A stretch of 62,186 nucleotides of DNA, the filler included, from Globobulimina sp. (Eukaryota): the NCBI GenBank assembly GCA_003354225.1. It is 23 parts of 23 records of this genome, joined end to end, with 100 filler letters (N's around TTAATTAATTAA, not from the genome) between each part and the next. Parts side by side here need not be neighbours in the genome. Positions count along the whole stretch, not along the records: positions 1 to 2,610 come from PIVH01005738.1; positions 2,711 to 5,320 come from PIVH01005739.1; positions 5,421 to 8,030 come from PIVH01005740.1; positions 8,131 to 10,740 come from PIVH01005741.1; positions 10,841 to 13,449 come from PIVH01005742.1; 18 more parts are not named here. One strand, written 5' to 3'. Position 1 is the stretch's first letter, and each line of letters begins with the position of its first letter. The translations under genes and the position numbers were made by a program. Positions 1 through 11,332 of this stretch are shown here, piece after piece. Below the pieces are notes generated by a model. It was not told where the DNA came from and ran no database searches. It was given only the letters and a program-made list of their open reading frames with translations.

Positions 1-289
1 TTGCTCTGCCATAATACAATAGGTTTGATAGCAATCACACCTTTAAATTTCTCTTCATACACTGCAATCCCATCATTTTGTAACACTAATTTCGAGACAG
101 ATTCACCATGCAAACATATTGAAAAGCGATGTTTCTGTATTCCACCCATTATATACCATCCATTCTTATTAACATTTTCTGCGTCTTGTCGACTGTCAAT
201 ATTATAAATATAATTTCCGTTTTCATTTTTCGAAAATGGATCAAAATATCTGCCAACCAAACCATTTGCTGCTAAGTTGGATCATTTGC

Positions 290-1000
290 CAACCAAACCA
301 TCAGTGGTTGGACCATTACTTGGATCTGCTGTAGGACCCACTGTGGGATCATTGGTTGGATCTGTAGGCGATTCTGATGGCTGTTTTGTAGGTGATGATG
401 ATGGAGGCTTTGTAGGTGCTGTCAGATATATTTATAAGTATATTATTGCATAATTACATATTAAATTACTTAATTAAATAATTATACATCATTACATAAT
501 CACAGTCAGATCACAGTAAGAACATAAGATTATAATTACATAGATCGCATTTGATGAAAGTCGAAAGGTGCTGATGCTGGTTATCTAAAATAAATCAACC
601 TGGCGGTGCTATATAAAAAACAATGACAATACTGGTATATATATATTATATATGTTATATTGTAAAAAGTAACAACTACGTATACCTGCAGTTGGTGAAG
701 CAGATGGCATTGACGTAGTACTTGTTGGAGTTGGAGAGGACGTTGGCGCAGTACTTGTTGGAGTTGGTGTACTTGGCGCATTACTTGGCGCAGTTGGTTC
801 AGTAGTTGGCGCCACTGTAAGTGGTGTACCACATATTCTTATTCCATCAAAATAACAGATATCCACAGCGGATATGGCTACTGTGCTGCTTTGAGAAAAT
901 GCAATGGAAAAATCTTCGACATCACTAACATCCTCAGGAAGCGGTGCAGCAACAGTTTCGATGATGGCACCTTTGTAAATACAAAAGTCTTCCAGTCCTC
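290..1000 (-). CDS. Fragment of a multi-exon Pro/Thr-rich (mucin-like, xPT repeat) surface protein
   Basis: Minus-strand frame reads ...DICYFDGIRICGTPLTVAPTTEPTAPSNAPSTPTPTSTAPTSSPTPTSTTSMPSASPTA, then a GT donor at 685. A further exon near 300-420 reads PTKPPSSSPTKQPSESPTDPTNDPTVGPTADPSNGPTTD. No start codon found. Confidence 0.6.
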
Positions 1001-1147
1001 AGCAATCATATCCAGCCATCTGTGACCATGTTCTGTACGTTGTTTTTCTTTGACTTATATCGATGTGATTTGTATTTCATATCATGATCAAACATATTCA
1101 TATTAACAAAAACAGCAAATTTAAATATCTCATTTTGTGAACATTTA

Positions 1148-2610
1148 ATGCTAGCGAGCCTCATATTATTTATCACATTAAATGCGAGAAGAAAATACGA
1201 AGCTGGCACAACGGTTAACATTAATGACATTATCGAAGTCGTAGGAGATGGATACTCGACAGACAGCTATAAGGTCAATTTTCTCGTTGGATCAGACACT
1301 GCATTTCATTTCAACCCAAGGTTTGGTGAAGGCGCAGTTGTGAGAAACAGTAATATCGGGGGATCGTGGGGTGTCGAAGAACGAGGTGGTGGCATGCAAC
1401 TGTCAGCCAATGCTAATGACAGTATACTCCTTGAATTCAACCGAACAGCCACACATTGGAGATTTTCTTATTTCCATTCACCAATTCCAGACTATGACTA
1501 TGCTCATCGGTTAAATGGTAATATCACAAATATCACTACGACAAATGTCATGAATGCGTCCATCTACATCCACTGTCCAACGGAGTGCCCAACGCCAATG
1601 CCATCTGCTTCACCAACTACCGGTATTTGTTACTATTCTCGCACTCTGCGCACAATTCTTTTGATAGGACACTCGTTCTTTGTTTTGTTTTTTTGTATCA
1701 TACACAATGCGTAAATATAAGCAATATTTTTAAAATAACTATGCAATAGATCCAACCAATGATCCCACGCATCCTACAGCAGATCCAAGTAATGGACCAA
1801 CCGCTGATCCGACAAACCATCCCACCACAGATCCAACACTTGCACCGAGCGTTGCTCCCAGTCTCTCTCCAACTTTAGCCCCTTCATTGGCACCCAGTTT
1901 AGCGCCAACATTGCCACCTTCATTGGCACCGACATTGGCTCCTTCATTTGCACCTTCTTTAGCACCCACTTTTGCACCTTTGTTCGCACCAACATTGGCA
2001 CCTTCATTAGCGCCGACATTGACTACTTCATTTGCGCCTTCATTAACACCATTTGCTTCACCAACTGCAGGTTTTTGTTACTATTCTCATATTGTTTTTG
2101 TTCATTATCCTCGCACTCAGCGCACAATTCTTTTGATAAAACACTCGTTCTTTGTTTTGTTTTTCATTTAAGATCCGACAAATAATCCAACATCATATCC
2201 GACATTTGATCCTACAGAAAATCCAACAAATGACCCAACTAATGCCACCACAACAGATCCGAGTGCGGATCCTACATTTTATCTAAGCGTTGATCCGAGT
2301 GCACATCCAACCATTTATCCAACAGCAGATCCAACAAAACCAACATTGCACCCAACAAAAAATCCAACATTTTCACCAACCACACCGTCTCCATCAGCAC
2401 CACCAACAGACAGTCCATCATTGTCTCCAACTGCTTCTCCCACAAAAGGTCCCAGTCGATATCCGACTGCATTTGAAGAGTATCTATCTCCGATTGATGT
2501 GGTAGTAGTGATTGTGGCAATGGACTCAGCAAGATCAAGTGTATCTCAATCGTGGACAAGATTGTGCAAACTCAAATTGAAAACGCATGTTGCCCAAGAA
2601 CAATCAATGA
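1148..2610 (+). CDS. Galectin (galactoside-binding lectin) domain followed by a Pro/Thr-rich mucin-like stalk; multi-exon, partial
   Basis: Galectin signature FHFNPRF..VVRNS...SWGVEER (H-x-N-x-R, N, W-x-x-E-x-R). Phase-1 GT-AG introns at 1623-1749 and 2071-2172 join exons of DPT/APS/APT repeats. Runs off the contig end. Confidence 0.8.
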
Positions 2611-2710
2611 NNNNNNNNNNNNNNNNNNNNNNNNNNNNNNNNNNNNNNNNNNNNTTAATTAATTAANNNNNNNNNNNNNNNNNNNNNNNNNNNNNNNNNN
2701 NNNNNNNNNN
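2611..2710. other. Artificial contig spacer N44-TTAATTAATTAA-N44 (first of 22)
   Basis: The same 100-nt spacer with a six-frame stop recurs at 5321, 8031, 10741, 13450, 16159, 18868, 21577, 24286, 26995, 29704, 32412, 35119, 37826, 40533, 43240, 45947, 48654, 51361, 54068, 56775 and 59481. Contig lengths between spacers never increase (2610 down to 2606). Confidence 0.99.
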
Positions 2711-2791
2711 ACATCATTACACATACAGAAGAGGGCTTTACAACCATTCCAAATTCTTTCCTCAAAATTTCCCAACATATCCATTCCAATC
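2711..2791. repeat. 81-bp exact terminal direct repeat of contig 2 (copy at 5240-5320)
   Basis: ACATCATTACACATACAGAAGAGGG...CCATTCCAATC is identical at both contig ends. Confidence 0.97.
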
Positions 2792-3539
2792 AATTAGAAT
2801 AGCTTTTGTTATCTCTATTAGTCTAGAATCTTTGACTTTGGGTAATACACCGCTTAATAATCCGCAAAATACATTGGATACATTGGCTTCCACAGTGAGG
2901 ACAACACGATCCGGAACGATATATAATACGGTCCCAGATGTAACTGTTGCGACTGTAGATGATGTGTTACATACTGTCCTCGATGACAATATAGCGACAG
3001 CGACTGTGATGGATGTGGACGATTCCGATGATATGCGACATGCACTCATTGCAGATACTTATTCTTCGAATCCACCGTCCTTCCACCCTTTATTGGAGAG
3101 CCCTGAGGCTGATGAAAAAGTGCGAAGTCGCAGTCTGATATTCTCAAAAACTTTGGTGCCTTCAAGTGCTGGTGACAGCGACGTAACTTATATTGAGAAA
3201 CAAAATCGTATGACATCTCGATCGCACAAACAATCTCAATATATGTCTTTCCCGCGAAGTGATAGTTCACCTCGCAATTCACACAACTTTGATACAAATA
3301 ATATTAAGACACCACAAACACATCGTCCACAGTATAAATTGCAGCTTTTTGATATCACTGCACAACAATCGCGACGATATAAAAAAGAAGACAATGAATC
3401 TGAAATTCCTTATAGTAACAAAAGGAAATTTCAGAAACGCACTAAAAAACATACAAATTGCGGCGTAGTATGCGTATCCAAAATAAACATAAAAAATTTC
3501 AGGATAAACGCCGTAGATATGATTCTTAGCCGCCATTAG
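2712..3539 (+). CDS. Hypothetical Ser/Thr/Asp-rich, basic-tailed protein; frame open to the contig start
   Basis: The 235-aa ORF (2832-3539) extends without stops to 2712 and, if the ends are joined, back to about 5184. No recognisable domain. Confidence 0.45.
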   Translation, partial: HHYTYRRGLYNHSKFFPQNFPTYPFQSIRIAFVISISLESLTLGNTPLNNPQNTLDTLASTVRTTRSGTIYNTVPDVTVATVDDVLHTVLDDNIATATVMDVDDSDDMRHALIADTYSSNPPSFHPLLESPEADEKVRSRSLIFSKTLVPSSAGDSDVTYIEKQNRMTSRSHKQSQYMSFPRSDSSPRNSHNFDTNNIKTPQTHRPQYKLQLFDITAQQSRRYKKEDNESEIPYSNKRKFQKRTKKHTNCGVVCVSKINIKNFRINAVDMILSRH

Positions 3540-4143
3540 AACGCATAATAAAAATCTTAACCATATACATTTTTTATGGTTGTTTTTTTCTGTTTTGGTC
3601 TCCTTTGTACTTTTTATTATGTTCCTTTTTCTTTTCTGTGCTTTTTCCTTTTTATTTGCTTAATTTTAGTTTCCTTTTGTTTCAATGTTTTGATATTAGT
3701 AATCTGATTAATTTTAGTTTGTATTGGTTGATCATTTTAATTTTGGTTTCTTGTTTTATTGCAACCATTCAATTACTTTTTATTTCTCACTTAGTTTTTG
3801 TTCTTAATTTTCTGTCTTTCTGTTTCTTTTATTTCTACCTTATTTCTATACTTTTAATCTTATTTATAAATTTAATTTTGTCTCTGATCATTACAATTTG
3901 CAATCACATATTTCTGTTCTTTTCTTTTTTTCATTTGATTGATTCCAATTTGTATGATAAAAATATTGCTACCAATCAGATAAATTTCATTTTTAGTTCT
4001 GACTATGTATTTGTTTATATTTTCACTTTTCGCTTTGTTTTTTGTTCAAATTGTTTCTTTTTATTTAACTTTATGAGATATTTTACTTTTTATCCCTCAA
4101 TCTATGTGGGATTGCGATATAATGCCTTTGTACGGCTGTACTG

Positions 4144-5220
4144 ATGCCAATGACTCGTAATACACAATGGCGATATCAACATTTACATCCAAGCATTATA
4201 AATAGCAATGAGATATTGACCCATATTGATAATGATTATTATGACTCTTCGTTGACATTATTATCGCTTAATATTAATGGTTTATTTGTAGATACAGGGA
4301 AAGGCGATTATGATTGTAATAAATTAGATTCTTTGCAGGATATTGTTAATGAATTAGAACCCACAATTCTCTCATTGCAAGAAGTTAACATTCATTATCG
4401 ACGACACTTAGTTCCTCCGGAAATTCGAGGATATTTTCATACTAAATTTGGTACTCCGATGTATGATAAGTACCTAAAAAATGTTATTTATGTTCGAAAT
4501 GCATTGGAAGAATATGTCGACATTATATGTATTACAGATTTGCAGCGACAACATATAGTGGCTGATTTTGTTGATTTCCAGCTGCTACAAAAGCAAAATG
4601 ATCATTTTTCGACTTGGATAGCGATCCATCCTCAACCGGCTATACCTATCAATCATACATTATTGTTTGGTTCTTATTATCGATCACCTAATCGCTGTCT
4701 GGCAGTTTCTGACATTAAAATTTTAAAATATACAATGGATTATGTCTTAAAACATTATAAACAGAAAAGATGGTCCAACAATACCTTGATTCAAACCAAT
4801 CGCACAATTAAGTCACATGTAATTAGTGGTGATTTTAATTTGCACAATGAACTTTTCTCCCGATTGGATTTCAATAGATATCGTCGCTCTGATCGTTTGG
4901 AGTTTAAATGGTTGAACCAATTCATTGATCAGAAACGTTTATCCATCGTCAATATCAAGCGGATTCCTACGCATTATAAAGGAAACGTGTTGGACCTACA
5001 ATTGGTGTCACACAAATTATTGCTATCCCATGAGAATTATGTATTAAATTGCGTTGATCGTAATAATCCAACGTTTTCTATCTCTGACCATTATGCATTA
5101 TTCTCTATCTTCAATCTGCCGAAACACAGTCAGCCGCTCTTACCATCAGACACCACAACGATTTATAATGCAAATAATGTTAATTACCGATTCAAGCGCC
5201 CTTGCTTTTATATCATTTAG
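4144..5220 (+). CDS. APE-type (EEP-fold) endonuclease of non-LTR retrotransposon type, with no RT
   Basis: Ordered APE motifs LSLNING, LSLQEV, GSYYRSP, SGDFNLH, PTH..GNVLDL and SDHYAL. The frame ends or shifts shortly after the domain. Confidence 0.85.
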   Translation: MPMTRNTQWRYQHLHPSIINSNEILTHIDNDYYDSSLTLLSLNINGLFVDTGKGDYDCNKLDSLQDIVNELEPTILSLQEVNIHYRRHLVPPEIRGYFHTKFGTPMYDKYLKNVIYVRNALEEYVDIICITDLQRQHIVADFVDFQLLQKQNDHFSTWIAIHPQPAIPINHTLLFGSYYRSPNRCLAVSDIKILKYTMDYVLKHYKQKRWSNNTLIQTNRTIKSHVISGDFNLHNELFSRLDFNRYRRSDRLEFKWLNQFIDQKRLSIVNIKRIPTHYKGNVLDLQLVSHKLLLSHENYVLNCVDRNNPTFSISDHYALFSIFNLPKHSQPLLPSDTTTIYNANNVNYRFKRPCFYII

Positions 5221-5420
5221 AAAGAATTTCTGTACATTCACATCATTACACATACAGAAGAGGGCTTTACAACCATTCCAAATTCTTTCCTCAAAATTTC
5301 CCAACATATCCATTCCAATCNNNNNNNNNNNNNNNNNNNNNNNNNNNNNNNNNNNNNNNNNNNNTTAATTAATTAANNNNNNNNNNNNNNNNNNNNNNNN
5401 NNNNNNNNNNNNNNNNNNNN

Positions 5421-7979
5421 CGCGTCTTAACAATTCGGAGTTTCTCTGGATCAGTAATCAGACCGAGTTTATATTGTGATTCATGTTGTGGTGGATCTTA
5501 CTCAGGCTGGACTAATTCCGGTCGTATAGTTAAACTGGAATGCAAAGGTTGCACCAATATACTTTATCCCGTAACATGGTCTGATTGGAATAGAGATGCA
5601 ACAGTTTGTCAGGGCAGATGTGGTGGATGTCGCACTAAAAGAGAAACATACAAAAGGAGAAATACAAAAAGAGAAAAATTACTTCAATTACAAAAGCAAA
5701 AGAAAAAGAAAAACAGAGAAAAACGAAAACAAAAACAACAACAACAACATGCTCAAACGTTACAAGCACCAGAAAGGAGACATCAACAAGAACAGCGAGA
5801 AACAGATGAAGCACAGCGAGAAAGAGATGAAGCACAGAAGCGACGTAATGAGAAAATGGAAGAGCAGCGAGAAAGGAGACATCGGCAAGAACAGCGAGAA
5901 AGGGATGAAGCACAGAAACGACGCGACAAGAAAATTGAGCAACAAATGCAAGCAAAGGACGAAGCAGAACGACGGAGACAAGCAACACATGAACAACAAA
6001 TGCGGCAAAGTGCAAAGGATATGCAATTTTTAAAAGAACAACAGCAACAACAAAGAGATGAACAGAACAAAATATTAAATCGACAGGAAAAAAGACACAA
6101 CGAACAACTGTCAGAAAATAGACAAAATATGAAAGAGTTGAAAGAGCAGCAAAAAGAACATCGAATTGGGCATAAAAAACAAATAAAATTACTACAAGAA
6201 TCGCAGGAAAGATTACAAGGAGAAATATTAAAAGTTATGTGAATATGTTACGTAATGCACACAACTCAATAACACACACAACAACTTATGTGATTATATA
6301 ATTTATATTAGGCTATGGATGATAGGAAGGAGCAACAAAAAGCATTCGAACGCCGGGAAGAAAAAATCAAACAAAAATTGGATGTAGAAATTAATAAAGT
6401 AAAAGCGCAGAATATTAAGGATCAGAAAGTATATAATGCGAAATTACAAGAATTGCACGAAAAAAGCGATAGAAAATTGAAAGCTTTGGAAGAGAAAAGG
6501 AAAAAAGATCGGAAATTTTATGAAAAGGATATGCGAGACATAGCGGCGAAAAATGAAGAAAATATGAAGACATTGGAAAAAAATGAATTAAAAAGCAGAT
6601 TAAATCAAGCCATCCAATTAGCGTATGTTCGACTGCAGCAATATAAGGACAAAAAAGAGATTGCTTTGGCTGTGTTTGAGGAGTATAAAAAGGAATTATT
6701 GCAAATTAAATTGGAAGAAAGGAGGATAAATACACATTTTTTTCACGAAAATAATAATCCAAACATTGCAAATGTAGTATTACTTGGCATCACTGGCCAC
6801 GGCAAATCAACGTTTGGCTGTCGTTTAGTTGGCGATAAATCTGCAAATTGTGATTCTGGTTTATTTAAACATAGTGATTGTGTATTATCCGAGACACAAC
6901 TCATAACAAAGAAAGTTGTACAACAGTTATGGAAAAGAGACATATCCGTTACAGACACGCCTGGGATATTTGACAGCGGCGATAAAGACCGAGAACATAC
7001 AAATAATTTAATTGAGTTTTTGCGAGGTTGCGGTGGGGTCAATGCATTTGTTTTGGTGAAAACCAGATATCCGCCACGTTTTGAGGCGACATGGAAATCG
7101 ACGTTAACAACATTAGAGGCATTGTTAGGTCGTGCTTTTTGGAAACATGTTATTGTTGTCATCACCCATACAAAGGGCAAAGATAAACATACATTTGGTG
7201 CCTATTCGAGTGCATTTCGGGAGAGAATATATCAGGACTTGGTTTTGCGTGAAGACGAAGCAAAATTACCATTTATTGGTGTCGATTCATTTGAGAATTA
7301 TAAAGATGGCGTTAAAAAAATAATTGATATTATCCCGCATGAAAGATTTAAATGTGATGAGTTGAGGTCGCCTTTACAAGAATTAAAATTACGAAATGAA
7401 AATATCACCAAACGCAAACTTGATAATTTAAAACAAGAATTGAATACAATCAAACAAACCATTCACTTCTCAAACAAGGAGATAAATAATGCAAATCAGT
7501 TATTATCGCAGAATGATAATAGCTATGTACCGCAAGTTGCGGATTTGTCTTTGATCGAAAAAGAAGCGAAAGATTTATGGCATATTAATATTGTATTACC
7601 GCCATTGCCTACTAAACCAAAAATATCTGTAAGTAATGAAAAGGATGAAAAGGATGGGATGGATGAAAAGGATGGAATGGATGAAAAGTGTATTGAATGG
7701 GTGCCAGTTAAACAAACAGAATATAAATATCTCGCAAAAGATTTGGGAGATGATGGTGTAACATTATCATTCATGGATGAAGATTTTAAAATTATTCCAT
7801 GGCAAATTACATTAGATTCAAATGATTCATCTGATCAAAAATGGCTTAATATGATCAAAAAAGGTGTTGCGGATCAAAGTGATTTATTAGTCACAATTAA
7901 TGAGGTTCATTATGCAAATAATGCGGATAAACAAATGTTTGATATTAAAAGGAGAATAAAAAATGTTGAAGTGGATTAA
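5421..7979 (+). CDS. AIG1/GIMAP-type P-loop GTPase with N-terminal Cys cluster and long coiled coil; 5' partial; join(5421..6233,6312..7979)
   Basis: Frame is open from the contig edge (CDSCC...CKGC...CQGRCGGC, then a Q/E/K/R coiled coil). Phase-0 GT-AG intron at 6234-6311. G1 GITGHGKST, G2-region SETQ, G3 DTPG, G4-like ITH. Confidence 0.85.
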
Positions 7980-8130
7980 TATAAGATCGACTTCATTTGT
8001 TTTTGTAAAATTAAATATTTATTATAATTTNNNNNNNNNNNNNNNNNNNNNNNNNNNNNNNNNNNNNNNNNNNNTTAATTAATTAANNNNNNNNNNNNNN
8101 NNNNNNNNNNNNNNNNNNNNNNNNNNNNNN

Positions 8131-8547
8131 TATCGATAATGGATCCATATTTTTTATATTTGCATTAATATTTCCATTTTGACCATCATTAATCGAATAA
8201 TGTCGATCACTCAGTAAACAATTATCGGCATTACATTTTAATAATAAATGATTGATTACTTCTAAATCGCCGTCATGCCCTACAACAATATGACAAATAT
8301 CATCTAAATAATGTTTGTAAATTTCCACTAAAAGGGCACTGAATATTGCCTGTCCGTTACTGTTCTCATTTTTTGTGTTGTTTAAGCTTTCATAATATTT
8401 TAAGGCTTTGCTCACTCTTTGAACCGCTTTGCATTCACTCACTGCGCAGTTATTGCTGTCATTTATCTCGTCGTTTAAAAAGAAATTAAAATCAATGGTA
8501 GTTTTATTATCTTTTGGATGTGGTTTCTGATGATCCGCCATCACCAA
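8131..8547 (-). CDS. Hypothetical protein, 3' partial
   Basis: ORF of about 139 aa with Cys/His motifs (CAVSEC, DDICH..H, KC..NC..RHY) running into the spacer. Confidence 0.5.
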
Positions 8548-8597
8548 CTAAATAGAAAGAATTTTTTGTTTTTGTATTTTAGCTAAAAGGCTAAAAC

Positions 8598-9027
8598 CAG
8601 TCACTGTAATAATTATAATCAAACTGTTTCCATCCAAAACCAGTGCTGAATCTCAATCTGTGTGGTTTCTTATGTTACAAAAAAGATTATCTTTCCACAA
8701 TGGCAATAATAACACGTATTTGTTTAACGAATTACATCGCCGATAAATCATTTTGTTGTGCGATATGCCGTATTTTATATTGTTTTTTATATTGCCATTG
8801 TGGAAAGGGAATGGTTGGATTATTACTTCGCATTATCGCATATATATTGTGCTTACATGTTTGCTGCGTTGTAATTTTGGATCGATATTATATAATTACA
8901 GTGACTGTGTGTGGCAGTGTGCCATTATATATATTGTTGGCATATGCCGTATATTTTATATTGTTGGCATTGTGGACAGGGAATGGTTTTGTTGTAATTA
9001 CAGTGACTGTGTGTGGCAGTGTGCCAT
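8598..9027. repeat. Imperfect foldback plus direct-repeat cluster
   Basis: 33-bp direct repeat TAATTACAGTGACTGTGTGTGGCAGTGTGCCAT at 8893 and 8995. Inverted copy CAGTCACTGTAAT near 8599. Inverted pair TTTCCACAATGGCAATA (about 8692) and TATTGCCATTGTGGAAA (about 8790). Confidence 0.75.
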
Positions 9028-9069
9028 GTATATATACTTAACTTTTTTCTTTTACTTGACTTAAAAAAC

Positions 9070-9870
9070 ATGAATGTTTCACAAAGGCAACTCAGACAAG
9101 ACATTTTAGAGTATTTCGAGATACATTTCAATGACGCAAATATCAAATCCGTCAAACGATACTTGCGGACAAAGTACTCCTCAAATTTGAAAATCGAGAA
9201 ACAATTAATCAAGAAACTCGCCAAACAGTTGAGACCATAATAAATCAACAAAAGCAAAGATTCCTTTCGGAGTTCGTACAAACACAAAAATAAAAGATTT
9301 AAACTCTCGCAACAATCGCAACCACAACAAAGTCACCGGCCGCATCCACCTCGTATCCCTACAAAAAGCGCAAAAAAAATAGCCGTCGGCAGGAAAAGGC
9401 AAAAAAAAAGATTAAACCCTCCAAACACAAGCGAATTATATCAAGATTTATTTGGCTCCACTTTAAAATGCATAGATATCCACAACAAACCAGTCGGCGC
9501 TCAGAACAACGCCAAACCGAATGAGGGCGAACCGTCTCCATCCTCCGTGGCGGTGCCATACAATGAGGAATTTCATGAATTTCAATGTTTCAAATGTTTG
9601 AAATGCGCAAAGACATTCGGCGGAATTACAAATAAATTCGTGAAATTTTACACATTCGACAATGAAGAATCGTATATTTCGCATTGTAGCAAACACGGCA
9701 ACCATCCGTACAATGCGTTTTTCTGTTTCTTTTGCGATAATTTCACATTTAATGAGCCAAACAACCTCATCCTACACATCAAGGACAAACACGGTGTTTC
9801 GCCCAACAATGCGTATCCAAACAACAAATGGAAGAAAGCCACCGCTTTGCGGCAAAAAGTTAATATTTAA
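9070..9870 (+). pseudogene. DEK-C-like helical domain plus two C2H2-like zinc fingers, interrupted by in-frame TAA-TAA at 9238-9243
   Basis: One frame reads MNVSQRQLRQDILEYFEIHFNDANIKSVKRYLRTKYSSNLKIEKQLIKKL (DEK-C-like), then two stops, then a stop-free Q/K/P linker into FKCLKC...YISHCSKH and FFCFFCDN...LILHIKDKH. Confidence 0.55.
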
Positions 9871-9878
9871 TTTCTGAA

Positions 9879-10740
9879 ATGCGCCATATACAAATAATGC
9901 ACACAAACACTTTGCAGCGACCACGCCTTCCCGAGCCACTGCAGCCAGCCAAACGGCTAAAATTGAGCCACAACAAAGCGCCGCGCCCGCCATTGCCGCA
10001 TTGCTTGCCTTTTAACCCGAAAACTGTGAGGAATGTGGGCCAAACACAGCAGCCGCACCACAGCAACAACAATGCATATAACAATCGGGGCAGTTATCGA
10101 AATAATGAGCGGTATCACGAACGACCGCACATTGTCCCCTTCGAGGCGCAGTATTTACATTGCATTCGCTCTCAATTTGATCGCTTATTCGATTCGAGCA
10201 AAAGCAATCATCTCTCCATTGCCAAGTCGCAGAAATTAAAGCAGATTTTAGCGCAGTTACAAGATATCCATCCACCGCCTTATTATCAAATGCCGCTTTC
10301 GGCGAACCTCAATGCGAAATATGTATTGTTACAGTCGGAGTGGTTACAATTATGGATCTATGGGTTTCCGCCTTTCAGACAGGCCATCCTCGAGACTCTG
10401 GCCACTGTCATCAATGTCAATTATGCGGCGTTGCGACATGATGTGATTAGCTTTGGTTTACGAGCAACGCATCCAAAGTCTCAGCCGCTGCCTTATCAGC
10501 AACCAAACAGAAACTGCAATACTTATAATTATAATTATGTGGCCGTGCCTGACCATGAGATCAGTGAAGAGATCGCAGCCTTCAACAATGACGACACGCC
10601 GCTGGAGAACACGGAGACTGATTTCAACTCAGTTGCCTCCAAACGCGGTTTGAATGGCAAACATCATATTATTGTAATTCCCCGATTTGGTGAGAATATT
10701 GATAAAGATAAAGGATTCCATATATTGTTGGATAAAAATA
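9879..10740 (+). CDS. Hypothetical protein, 3' partial
   Basis: ORF of about 287 aa starting 8 nt after the zinc-finger ORF stop, with an NLS-like PAKRLKL. Visibly more GC-rich than the flanking contigs. Confidence 0.55.
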
Positions 10741-11332
10741 NNNNNNNNNNNNNNNNNNNNNNNNNNNNNNNNNNNNNNNNNNNNTTAATTAATTAANNNN
10801 NNNNNNNNNNNNNNNNNNNNNNNNNNNNNNNNNNNNNNNNTTTTTTTGTTGAAATGGTGTTTGTTTACCATGATATATTTTTAATTTTTTTCTTTCGTTT
10901 TATGGTTGTCACTGCCTTGCAATTCGCGCCTGCGTCAATATATTCATATATGCAACTTTCATACTCATCTCGTTGATATATCTCTTGTTTTTAGGAGTTT
11001 AGGATTTTAAACAAAAGTGACATCAAAGAAAAGAAAAGGGGAAAAATTGAAAAATAAATATAAAATCACGAAATGCTCACAAAAAACAGAAACAACATTT
11101 TAATAGAATTCAATTCACACAAATGCAGACTTCAAAAGTAGAAATAATCAGAGTAATATATAAAAATACAAAAAAAAAATACAAAAAAAAAGTCACTGGG
11201 TATTAAAACAAAAAGGTGGTCAACAATGCAGCAAATATTGTATGAATCTATGCATCTGTGATGCTATAACTATCCGTCCTGAATATACAACACAACACAC
11301 AGTATATTAATAAATTAAATATGACATATAAA

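Noticed and set aside
3605..4144. 179-aa F/L/I-rich ORF resembling a membrane or mitochondrial protein
   Set aside because: It is a translation of a T-rich low-complexity tract with a TTG start and no motif.
5596..6100. Several overlapping ORFs on both strands
   Set aside because: They are shadows of the purine-rich coiled-coil exon. The real frame is 5421-6233.
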